From Pseudomonadota bacterium (lineage in GTDB: Bacteria > Bdellovibrionota > FAC87 > UBA2466), in the NCBI GenBank assembly GCA_043718025.1, contig JAYSWN010000167.1, forward strand, positions 1 through 21,981: a stretch of DNA of 21,981 nt, in the 5' to 3' direction. Of this stretch, positions 7,913 through 16,634 are shown in pieces. Position 1 is the stretch's first letter; each line of letters opens with the position of its first letter. The position numbers and the translations under genes were made by a program. The notes below the pieces were generated by a model. That model was not told where the DNA came from and searched no databases. It saw nothing but the letters and a program-made list of their open reading frames with translations.

Positions 7913-8992
7913 TCACGAGGCAAATGCGGGCGCGTTGAGCAGCCAATCTTCGTAGGTTACGGCATTCATCGTCTTTGGCTCTTCGTGGCGCATCGCCTTG
8001 GGCAACAGCCTCATCAAAAGCGGATAGCCAATCGTTTCCGAGGGGCACATGAGCAAATACCCCCCAATTAAGGCCTTGAGCGGGTAATTTAGATCAAGCC
8101 CACTCGTGGCCTTAAACCACTGCCGCATCGCCAGGGCCCGGCCGCGGGTACGCGAATAGGCGCGGTGAATGGCAAACAAATTTGCCGCCAGGTAACCAGC
8201 CCGCTCGGCCGTCATTTGGTTGGTTTGATTTAGGGCCTTAATCCATGCAATGAGAATGGATTCCCAGTTTTCAAGTTGGGCCGCCCCCGCGAAGGTCGAG
8301 ATTCGATCGGCGCCGCCTACCCGCCAGTAGTAATCGCGTCGGCCAAATTCTTGGTAGCGCGCACCAGCCACCAGCGCGCGAAAGTGCAAGTCGGTGTCTT
8401 GCCGCTGAATGTAACCGTCATTAAAGCCGCCGATTTCTTTCAGAAACTCTTTTTTCCAGATACCGCTGCCGGTCATCCACGCAAAGTCGTGGTACAAAAT
8501 TCGGTCAATAGGGTTTTGCGGCTTAGCAATATTTAAGACGTAGGGAAGGTCTCCGGGAAGGTGGTGAAAGATCTGAACCTGAAAAAAGCCCACGTCGAGG
8601 TCAGCCCGCTGGGCCATCGCCGCGCGTCTAGTTTCGAGGCAGCGGGGTTCTAGTACGTCGTCGGAGTCTAAGAACACCACGTAGTTTCCCCGGGCCATCG
8701 AAATTCCAATGTTGCGGCAAGCCGAGGCGCCGGCTTTTGTGGTTGGCTGGCGTGGCACGAAATGAATGCGGGCGTCGGTGGCAATAAATTCTTTGAGTTG
8801 CGTAATCGTAGCTTGATTCGAGCCGTCGTCGACCACGATCGCTTCCCAATCTTGGTCGCTTTGCGCAATCAGGGAACCAACGGCATCAATGGTGAGATCG
8901 GGGCGATTTTTTGTGGGAATGACGACAGAAATCATGGGGCTCGTCGCCATCGTACCATAACCGACCGCCGCGGGTGAGTGCAGTGCCTGCAT
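7913..8992 (-). CDS. Glycosyltransferase family 2 (GT-A fold)
   Basis: ISVVIPTKNR, IVVDDGS, GASACRNIG, VFLDSDD, IGGFN and QDTDL motifs. The real start may be a downstream ATG (MATSP or MISVV). Confidence 0.93.
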   Translation of the reverse strand: MQALHSPAAVGYGTMATSPMISVVIPTKNRPDLTIDAVGSLIAQSDQDWEAIVVDDGSNQATITQLKEFIATDARIHFVPRQPTTKAGASACRNIGISMARGNYVVFLDSDDVLEPRCLETRRAAMAQRADLDVGFFQVQIFHHLPGDLPYVLNIAKPQNPIDRILYHDFAWMTGSGIWKKEFLKEIGGFNDGYIQRQDTDLHFRALVAGARYQEFGRRDYYWRVGGADRISTFAGAAQLENWESILIAWIKALNQTNQMTAERAGYLAANLFAIHRAYSRTRGRALAMRQWFKATSGLDLNYPLKALIGGYLLMCPSETIGYPLLMRLLPKAMRHEEPKTMNAVTYEDWLLNAPAFAS

Positions 8993-9003
8993 TCGGCCGG
9001 GGC

Positions 9004-9939
9004 TTAATTTAGACCCCGTACCCCGCCGCCTTGGTATTGTGGGCGTGCGGGAATGGGCACTGGATTTGGAATGGCAGCCGGCGGTTCAGGTTTTTCTTCG
9101 TCGGCGGGGAAACTGGGTGTGGGATTATCAGTTTTAGTTTTTTTGCGCACGATCAATACCGAGCTATCCATTTGTCTGCGGCCCAGATGGGGGATGAAGA
9201 TCTCGCTCTGTTTTTGCACCGTACCGATTTCAATCGCGTCGCCGTACGTTGATTTTAAAAAGGGAATCACCTGATCAAGTTGCGCGGCCGAAAATCCGTA
9301 GTGACGTGATTCTCCGCCCACCGTGTTGATGCGAATGGCCTCCATCAACACCCTCTTTTTATCGGCCATAACCAGATTGTTAACTAGGTGGTGGCTAAAA
9401 ACTAGGTCTTCCGATTCGTCGGGTAGCGGTATTTTTCTAGCGTCGCCGTTAATCAATGCTTCGGGGGTCTTTTCGTATTGCGCTAAAAACCAATGTAATG
9501 TTTCGGTGCCTAAGCCGCGCGGGTAATCGTTTCGTCCGTACCACACGTCGAGGGCCCGGGCGTTGAATCCATTTTTTCTTAGCATCATAACCACGGAGCT
9601 GGTGCCTTCGCCGAGGCTAAGAATTTTTCGACCTTTAAAGACCTTAAAGTTTTCGTCAGTCCAAGGGGCGTTTTGAGTGGGAATGAAATCAAGGTTGTTT
9701 AGCACTACTGGTTCAGAAAACTCGTCTTTTCCGGTTAGGGCCAGGCCCTTAAACAGCACGCCCGATGGGGTGACCACCCACGGCGTGGCCGGTTTAGTTT
9801 GGGTTTGAACCGGAGGCGGTGGTTGAACTAACCCTAAGTACCTGAGGCAATCGCCCACTAGCCCAGCGTGCGCATTCGACTGAAACGCAATGACCACAAG
9901 CAGTGTTCTTAAAAATGCCACGGCCCACTTGTAGTGCAA
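9004..9939 (-). CDS. Class I SAM-dependent methyltransferase with N-terminal signal peptide-like sequence
   Basis: KILSLGEG (motif I variant), ARALD, and GDARKIPLPDESEDLVFSHH (Methyltransf_11-like). N-terminus KWAVAFLRTLLVVIAFQSNAHA; Pro-rich linker and tail; TTG start. Confidence 0.8.
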   Translation of the reverse strand: MHYKWAVAFLRTLLVVIAFQSNAHAGLVGDCLRYLGLVQPPPPVQTQTKPATPWVVTPSGVLFKGLALTGKDEFSEPVVLNNLDFIPTQNAPWTDENFKVFKGRKILSLGEGTSSVVMMLRKNGFNARALDVWYGRNDYPRGLGTETLHWFLAQYEKTPEALINGDARKIPLPDESEDLVFSHHLVNNLVMADKKRVLMEAIRINTVGGESRHYGFSAAQLDQVIPFLKSTYGDAIEIGTVQKQSEIFIPHLGRRQMDSSVLIVRKKTKTDNPTPSFPADEEKPEPPAAIPNPVPIPARPQYQGGGVRGLN

Positions 9940-9984
9940 ATTTTGAGCCGCTAGTGAAGCAATTTTGTAGTCAGTGAGAATTCA

Positions 9985-11517
9985 CTATTGCCGGATCGCC
10001 CGTTGCAGTGATTCACGCGCGGGGCTGGCTTTTCTTATCGCCACTCCGTAGTGAAAGAGAGTGGGATAGAAATCAAAATCTTTTATGAATTGAGGATGCT
10101 CGACCAACGCCCTTAAAATGGCCGTGTAGTCGCCATGGGGTAACCAAATGAAGTCAGGTTTTCTTTCCAAAATATAGTCGGCAGAAAAACCACCGCGGGC
10201 GATGCGTTTGTCGTGCAACCCCAAGGGATCAACGATGGTCATCTCCGGGTGGCGGGCGCCGATATAGCCGTATTCGGAGGCCACTATCACCAGCTCTTTG
10301 GGTTGCGACGACAGCACCTGGTCCATCGCGACAATATTTTGCCACCAATCAGTTACATCGGGGTTTGGTGGTGGGCTTGCCAACGTAGTTACCACTTTTG
10401 CCTTTACCGAATCTGAACCAAAAACAATCACCAGCGTGAGCAAAGCCATGCACTTAAGGGCAACCAGCGGTTTGGACGCCGTTTGCAAACGAGTGAGGCA
10501 ATCCTTATCCATCACGGCAGCGGCGGCACCCACCAGCAGTGGAAACAGGGGTAGATAAAAACGGGCGTGCGTGCCCATGATTTGAGTCACGGTGGCCAAG
10601 TAACCTACGGTTAACACCACCGGCGCAAGCCAGGCCGCGCCCTTCAGCGCATTCTCCTTAGATACAAAAAAGGCGATGGCCAGTAGGGGAATGAGGCACA
10701 GGCGGCCGAATTCAAAAAGGTACTCGGCCTGATTCCAGTACCAGGCTCCAAGGTAACCTTCGTAAAAACCATTTTGCTTGGCAAAAAAGGGCAGCGGTAC
10801 GGCACTACCCAAGAACCAGAATTTAAAGCCAGCATCGACGGCTACGACGAGGAGAAAGAGCGTCAGGTATTTAATGGCAACGGCAAACTTTTCGCGCGAC
10901 TGCGCCAACGCCGTTAGCGGCAGCAAAATGGCCCCGGCGAGGCCTAACTCGGGGCGTGCTTCAAAGGCGAGAAGGGCGCTTACCAAACACAATAGTAGTC
11001 GCGCGGTCGACGGCACTTTGAGCCAGCTCACCACCGCCACTGCGTGCAGCGCCATCGCGGCTAGGGCTAGCGTGGTTTCCATTCCCGTGCCGGCGTGGAA
11101 ACGAAAGAGCGGGCTTTGAAATACGATGACTGGCGGGAGTAAAAAAAACCAAGCCGAGCGGATGAAAGTCTGAGAGGTCGCTTGGAAAAAGAGGCCGGCT
11201 AGCGCTACCGCGGCAGCCCAAGCGCCCGCAATCGAGGTGTAGATTAGCAAGGTGTTGTCACTCATCGACGTGCTGCCGCGAATCGCGGTCACCAGGGTTA
11301 AGTACAAAAAGCTCGTGCAGCCGTAAGCCGGCCCGTCGGTAATGTTCCAGCTAGGGCCATGGCCGGCCAGCCAATGCTTTGCGTAGCGCAGAAACATGTA
11401 AGCGTCATCGAAGGTGGTGTGGGTCAGCTGACTCATGGCACGAAAAAAAGCGACCCCGGCTAGGGCCGTTAGCGCCATGGCAACGATACGTAAAGTGCGG
11501 GGAGGGGCCAGTGGCAT
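9985..11517 (-). CDS. GT-C-type membrane glycosyltransferase (AftB-like family)
   Basis: TM1 followed by DDAYMFLRYA..W..GHG.SWN and GCTSFLY; also GMET, RPE, RFYLP, DPLGLHD and PDFI motifs; AAGGA RBS. Confidence 0.85.
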   Translation of the reverse strand: MPLAPPRTLRIVAMALTALAGVAFFRAMSQLTHTTFDDAYMFLRYAKHWLAGHGPSWNITDGPAYGCTSFLYLTLVTAIRGSTSMSDNTLLIYTSIAGAWAAAVALAGLFFQATSQTFIRSAWFFLLPPVIVFQSPLFRFHAGTGMETTLALAAMALHAVAVVSWLKVPSTARLLLCLVSALLAFEARPELGLAGAILLPLTALAQSREKFAVAIKYLTLFLLVVAVDAGFKFWFLGSAVPLPFFAKQNGFYEGYLGAWYWNQAEYLFEFGRLCLIPLLAIAFFVSKENALKGAAWLAPVVLTVGYLATVTQIMGTHARFYLPLFPLLVGAAAAVMDKDCLTRLQTASKPLVALKCMALLTLVIVFGSDSVKAKVVTTLASPPPNPDVTDWWQNIVAMDQVLSSQPKELVIVASEYGYIGARHPEMTIVDPLGLHDKRIARGGFSADYILERKPDFIWLPHGDYTAILRALVEHPQFIKDFDFYPTLFHYGVAIRKASPARESLQRAIRQ

Positions 11518-11631
11518 GAATTCCTTTGCTGACGGTAACGCGTAGTAGGATAGCAGATGGGCAAAGGGAGTTACAGCCGCGGGATCTTAGGTAAATTCAA
11601 GTTGGCAAATTAGTTTACCGAAACGTAGGTA

Positions 11632-12918
11632 ATGGAGTCTCCGTTATTTTTAAGCCCAGTGTTCTATTTCTTGGGATTGACCGTCTTCTATTTGCTAGCG
11701 CATGGGATTGCGCGTCATAGCGCCTTCTTTAGCAAGCAACTCGCCACCGATTTGCGCGCCACCACGCAGATTTTTCGTCTTGATGGCTTACGTGGATTGC
11801 TAGCCATTTCGGTGTTCTTTTCGCACGCGGTAATCTCCTATTTCTATTGGATGACGGGGTCATGGGGGCTTCCCCCGTCCCCTTTCTATGCGTCGCTCGG
11901 TGGAGTTCCGGTGCTGCTCTTTTTTTGTCTTTCCGGATTTTTGTTTTGGAACAAATTGCTGTCCCCCAAAAAACCTATCGTATGGAGCTCCTTTTATTTT
12001 GACCGCATAAAAAGGCTTTGCCCCGGCTATTTTCTCGCCGTGAGTCTAGCGTTTCTAATGGTGGGCGTAGAAACCGGTTTTAAAAGGCAGGTCGACCTCG
12101 GGCCGCTAGTTTCAAGTATGCTGCGTTGGCTATCGTTTGGGCTTCCGTTCGCAAGTTTTCCCGCCCTTAATGGCTTTTCGGCCTCAACCGTAATCAATGC
12201 CGGCGTTTTTTGGACGCTTACCTACGAATGGCTGTTTTATCTCTCTCTGCCGGTGCTCGGTTTTTTTGCGCGAGGAAACCGTCTTTTTCTTCTGCTGGCG
12301 GGAACGCTTTCACTCTACTTGATTCTGAGGCGCGGCATCTTTGCGCGAGAGATTGTGGACGGTACCGCCCACTGGCTGGTGCCTAACCTGTTGGCGTTTC
12401 TTACCTACCTTGCCTCGGGATTCGGCATTGGAATGTTTGGTGCTCATTGTCGAAAACGATTTCCTCACTCCGATTTTGGCAAGCGACCGGTCGTCGCGGT
12501 TTTTGCCGTGGTCTGTTTTCTCGTGGCCCTTGCTTTTCCGCTCGGAGAAAACTCCGTAAGATCCCTGGTGCTCGAACGATTGCTCATTGGCACTTTCTTT
12601 TTTTCTATAGTCTTCGGCAACACTCTGTTTGGTCTACTTGAGTCCCGCGCTTTTAGATTGATGGGGCTGGTGAGTTACAGCGTCTACGTTCTGCACGGCA
12701 TTTTTCTTTACGGCTCATTCTTGGTGCTTTCAAAATTTTCTTTGGTTAACCAGTTAAATACCGCCACCTTCTGGCTCTTCACGGGCGCGGTTGGCTTGGC
12801 GGTGGTAGCGCTGAGTGCGGTGAGCTACCGCTGGATTGAACATCCCTTTCTCGTTCGCCCGATTGCCCGCAACGACAACAAAGACGTCTCTCAAGCCCCA
12901 GAAAAAAAAGCCGCCTGA
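11632..12918 (+). CDS. Acyltransferase family 3 (OafA-like membrane O-acyltransferase)
   Basis: LDGLRGLLAISVFFSH, FFCLSGFL, RIKRL.P, WTLTYEWLFY, SYSVYVLH and SYRWIEHP motifs. Confidence 0.93.
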   Translation: MESPLFLSPVFYFLGLTVFYLLAHGIARHSAFFSKQLATDLRATTQIFRLDGLRGLLAISVFFSHAVISYFYWMTGSWGLPPSPFYASLGGVPVLLFFCLSGFLFWNKLLSPKKPIVWSSFYFDRIKRLCPGYFLAVSLAFLMVGVETGFKRQVDLGPLVSSMLRWLSFGLPFASFPALNGFSASTVINAGVFWTLTYEWLFYLSLPVLGFFARGNRLFLLLAGTLSLYLILRRGIFAREIVDGTAHWLVPNLLAFLTYLASGFGIGMFGAHCRKRFPHSDFGKRPVVAVFAVVCFLVALAFPLGENSVRSLVLERLLIGTFFFSIVFGNTLFGLLESRAFRLMGLVSYSVYVLHGIFLYGSFLVLSKFSLVNQLNTATFWLFTGAVGLAVVALSAVSYRWIEHPFLVRPIARNDNKDVSQAPEKKAA

Positions 12919-12920
12919 AT

Positions 12921-14018
12921 CTACTTTCGGCTTATGCCTAAGCTTGCCAGCACTACGTCGGAATAGATCTGGTGACCAAAGTCATTGGGGTGATTGATTC
13001 CGTTAGAGGATAAATCTAGATATTTTTTTGATTGAAGCACTTTACTTGATTGCCCATACACATCGGCCATCACCACTCCCGGCTTTTCTAACCGGCGAAG
13101 TGCGTCCCGGTACCGGTAGATTAGCCCAGGGGAAGTAAGACTCCACTCTGGATTTCCGGGCATTGAGCTTAAGACAATAAATTCAGACGACGGGTTTTTA
13201 AGCAGAATGGCTTTCCTATGCCGCTCAACGCAATCAACAAATTTGTTCGGCGGTATTTTCGAACCCGAATCATTCGTGCCGTAGGCAATCAGCACCAAAA
13301 CTGCGCCCGTGGGCGGCACACTATAGTTCAACTTGAAACCATCTTCACAACGGGCCCCCGGAAACGATTGATTGGCCAGCAGATGAGCTTTCCAATCGAT
13401 CTGTAGCGTTTCAACTACGGTGGAGAGAAAGCCCGCCCGGTTGGGGGGCCGTCCCACCAGGCCCGATGAGCCTTGTCCTTGAGTAATGCTGTCGCCTAGG
13501 GCAAGGAGTGCCACCCTCTCGCCGGCCGCCACCGCCTTCGTCGTTTTTGGGAGAAGATTCTTTTTGCTTGGCACTTCAAACGCGGCCCCCTCTGCCGCCG
13601 CGTAGGCGTAAGTCGCTGCGACTTGCAGCGAATGAAAAAGCGCCCCGTCGGGCGAGAAGAGAAGACTGACTCCCCTTTTCCTCTTGTACCCTTCAATGGA
13701 GTCTTGAGCCCCTCGCGCGGGAAAGAGCCGTGCTTCGGGCAATACCGGAATTTTTGATCCGGCGGTCAGGCAGATTTTTCGGCCTTTCACCTCGTAATCA
13801 ATATCCGCCATAAAGGTGAGTTCACCGGCCTGGTCTTTGATCACGACCGGCGACGAGGGCGAGAAAAGAAGTGTGGCGCAGGGCGTAGTTTCAGCGCTTT
13901 TCTGAATGAAGAGAAGCGGCTCGTTGGAAATTTTTCCCGCCCAGAAAGGTGACCACGCGAAAGCACCTAAGGGCGCTAGACATCCGAGAAGGGCGAGTAG
14001 GTTAAATCGTAATACCAT
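12921..14018 (-). CDS. Exported SGNH/GDSL hydrolase family protein
   Basis: Signal peptide ending AFA; LGDSITQG (block I), YGTND (block III), NGINHPNDFGH (block V). Confidence 0.9.
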   Translation of the reverse strand: MVLRFNLLALLGCLAPLGAFAWSPFWAGKISNEPLLFIQKSAETTPCATLLFSPSSPVVIKDQAGELTFMADIDYEVKGRKICLTAGSKIPVLPEARLFPARGAQDSIEGYKRKRGVSLLFSPDGALFHSLQVAATYAYAAAEGAAFEVPSKKNLLPKTTKAVAAGERVALLALGDSITQGQGSSGLVGRPPNRAGFLSTVVETLQIDWKAHLLANQSFPGARCEDGFKLNYSVPPTGAVLVLIAYGTNDSGSKIPPNKFVDCVERHRKAILLKNPSSEFIVLSSMPGNPEWSLTSPGLIYRYRDALRRLEKPGVVMADVYGQSSKVLQSKKYLDLSSNGINHPNDFGHQIYSDVVLASLGISRK

Positions 14019-14024
14019 CCGCGA

Positions 14025-14030
14025 ATTGTA
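14025..14030 (-). promoter_or_regulatory. -10 element, possible leaderless transcript for the SGNH gene
   Basis: TACAAT lies 6 nt upstream of ATG 14018, with no convincing SD. Confidence 0.4.
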
Positions 14031-14039
14031 CTTGGATAC

Positions 14040-16634
14040 TTACGGCAAACCTAATTCTTCACCCACAAGAACGGAGCGCGAAACCTGGTTCACCACTGCA
14101 GTTTCAATTGCGAATTCAAAACTATCGGTCGGTTGGTCGCCCCGCCAGCGGCAGAGGTTCCATAGGGGAATGGCATAGGTGTGCCGCTGGCCGTCGTTTT
14201 TTAGGGTGAAGGCGATCTTAATGGTTTTTCCGCGGTGGCCTGGCCGTGCGGAGATTCGCAGGTAGGCGGCCGGGTCAGAGCTTACAATCTCCACCTCCCA
14301 CCACCACCATTTTTGTCTGGGGTAGGCCTGGGCGACTCGCCGAACTCCCCTGGCCCCTAACTCGCCGAAATGGAAAGGGGCTCGTTTCATATTGGATTGG
14401 TAATCTAGGGCCTCGGGAAACAGATCGCCCAGTGTCTGTTCAGTGACCACCGCTTTTTTCAGTGCGACGTAAGGGCCAGCCATCCCCTCGTTTTCATAGT
14501 GGGCAAGCACGTAAGCGTCTAAAGTGTGGAAGAGAAGATTGTAGGGAGTCGTTTGCCAGAAAGCCAGGTCTCTCACATTGCGATAAAGCAGTGACGGCGG
14601 CTGGCGTTCAATAATCCCATTTAGCATCCGAGTCTGGTCGGCAGGTTGAAACCCTGCATGCAGGGGAATAAACGGCCTAAAGCCTCCGCCTTCAAGCCAC
14701 AAGGCATCGAGCTCGCTACCGGATAGGTTTGCGAATTTTTTGTGGGCGTTGTTCCATTTAACGAGCGATATAATCGGTTCGGTGTTTACGCTGGCCAAAG
14801 GGCCCGTTCGCGGAAGGTGGCCATTGCTCTGGATCGGGCCTAGAACTCGCTGGGAAAAATAGCCTCGCAAATTAGGTTTGGTGACGCAGACCGCCGCCAG
14901 AAGAAAAACTAAGGAGGGAAAAAGGAATACCCGAAGGCCAGGGCTTCGAGAAAAAGCAATAACGAGGATTATAGCGTCGACCAAAACCGTTCTTTGAACT
15001 CGGTCGGGGTCGTCACTAAATGTTCCGTAAGCCACCAGGCAAGCGGTCGCCAGAAACGGCAAAATCATACCGCCGTCTCGTGACCGCCACCCTTTTTGCA
15101 TTAAGAACCAAAAGCCAACCGCGATACAAAATAGGTGGGCAAGCACCGTCGGATGGAAGGGGTTTTGTTCTTCCCACCGCGCGATGAGATGCCGGCTCAT
15201 GTCCGCCATCTGGGGAAAAGAGTGAAGAAAGCCCGGCAGAATTCCGGCCAGCAAGGCCACGGTGACCAATAACAGGGTGGCCACAAAAAAGTATGCCGTG
15301 GAAAGGCCGACCTCCTTTCGCGATAGGGGGTGAAATCTCCAACCGAGTGCCAGTGCCAATAAAAGCCCCGCGGCAAATCCGCTTCCTAATTCCGGGGTAA
15401 GAAAAATAAGCAGCGGAGTCAATGCGGCGCATGCCGCCAAGGACCGCGCCCGGCCCGTGCAGAAGTAGTGGAGGTAGCAAAAGCTTACAAGGAGCCACGG
15501 CTCCATGCGAAAATAATCGTTGGTCGCGAAGCCGGTCAGGTAGCCAAATGAGAAAATGATCAAGGCAACCACCAAAGCACTTCGCCGCTTGAGAAGGAGA
15601 TTCAAAATTCCCAAAATGGACAGGGCTCGAAGCGCGGGAACAAGTAGGCAGCTCAGTAAGCGGGTAGTCGAGAGAGAAAAGCCAAAAAATAATTCGGCCA
15701 GTAGGCCTGGCAACAGATCAATGCCAACTCCATGCATCATTGAAAAGTCTCGAAAGGGCAGTTTTCCGCTAATCACATTCCAGGCCGGAATCATGTACTC
15801 GGCCTCATGGTGAAAATCTATGGGCAGAGCCCAGAGGTTGGGCTGACCACAAGCTCCGATTATCGCGCAGGGGAGCGCTACCGACCAGATGAGGCTTAGG
15901 TGAAAATTGGCCGGTTTGTCGCTACAGAGTCGAAGATAACGATAAAAGAGAAAGGCAAAAAAAAGCGTGGTCAAAGGTAGCGCAGCCCTAGGCCATTGAG
16001 AAAAGTATAAAAGCGAAGAGAATAAAGCTACCCAAGCAGTGCTTTTCAATTTCCAGGAGTTGGCCTTTTCTCCCCGTAGCCACCATCCCGCACAAATTCC
16101 AAAGGCTGCGCCCGAACAGCCGATTACGGTATGCACGCCCGCCCATGAAAGTGATTTAGCGGGAAAAAGTCCGTAAGCCGCCGCAGAAAATCCGCTGAAA
16201 CAAACCATTAGGGCGAGACTATGGTCGCCGCCGTATTTTTCAGCCGAGACTAACCACAGCAGGAAAACTCCGATTGCTCCCTGCGCGAAAAATAGTCTTT
16301 GGTCCGGCGTTAAAAAAAGAAATGCGCAGGCAACAAAAAATGTCCAGACTAGACCCAGATTTTTAGGGGAGGGAGTCGCTCGGCCGGATAGGCCGACTTT
16401 AAGAAGCAGCAGCAGTAGTAGGCCCACCAGTAGCGAACGTAGTAGGCCGGTGAGAGCGTTCACACCGCTGACGGCCGCGTTGCCTAGAACTCCCGTGAGA
16501 GGAATGTGGTAAGGGACAACAATATGGGGAAAGAGATAGTGCTGAAAAAGTTTAGGAAAAAAGACGAGAGTGGCAATGATAACAAATAGAATCGATCTTC
16601 GACGGCGATCTTCGGCGAGAAGTGGCCCGGTCAT
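14040..16634 (-). CDS. Large polytopic membrane protein, probable GT-C-like glycosyltransferase
   Basis: 864 aa; about 20 hydrophobic segments; IDFHHEAEYMIPAW...GKLPFRDF..MHG loop typical of GT-C; soluble C-terminal domain; ATGA overlap with the upstream oxidoreductase. Confidence 0.75.
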   Translation of the reverse strand: MTGPLLAEDRRRRSILFVIIATLVFFPKLFQHYLFPHIVVPYHIPLTGVLGNAAVSGVNALTGLLRSLLVGLLLLLLLKVGLSGRATPSPKNLGLVWTFFVACAFLFLTPDQRLFFAQGAIGVFLLWLVSAEKYGGDHSLALMVCFSGFSAAAYGLFPAKSLSWAGVHTVIGCSGAAFGICAGWWLRGEKANSWKLKSTAWVALFSSLLYFSQWPRAALPLTTLFFAFLFYRYLRLCSDKPANFHLSLIWSVALPCAIIGACGQPNLWALPIDFHHEAEYMIPAWNVISGKLPFRDFSMMHGVGIDLLPGLLAELFFGFSLSTTRLLSCLLVPALRALSILGILNLLLKRRSALVVALIIFSFGYLTGFATNDYFRMEPWLLVSFCYLHYFCTGRARSLAACAALTPLLIFLTPELGSGFAAGLLLALALGWRFHPLSRKEVGLSTAYFFVATLLLVTVALLAGILPGFLHSFPQMADMSRHLIARWEEQNPFHPTVLAHLFCIAVGFWFLMQKGWRSRDGGMILPFLATACLVAYGTFSDDPDRVQRTVLVDAIILVIAFSRSPGLRVFLFPSLVFLLAAVCVTKPNLRGYFSQRVLGPIQSNGHLPRTGPLASVNTEPIISLVKWNNAHKKFANLSGSELDALWLEGGGFRPFIPLHAGFQPADQTRMLNGIIERQPPSLLYRNVRDLAFWQTTPYNLLFHTLDAYVLAHYENEGMAGPYVALKKAVVTEQTLGDLFPEALDYQSNMKRAPFHFGELGARGVRRVAQAYPRQKWWWWEVEIVSSDPAAYLRISARPGHRGKTIKIAFTLKNDGQRHTYAIPLWNLCRWRGDQPTDSFEFAIETAVVNQVSRSVLVGEELGLP

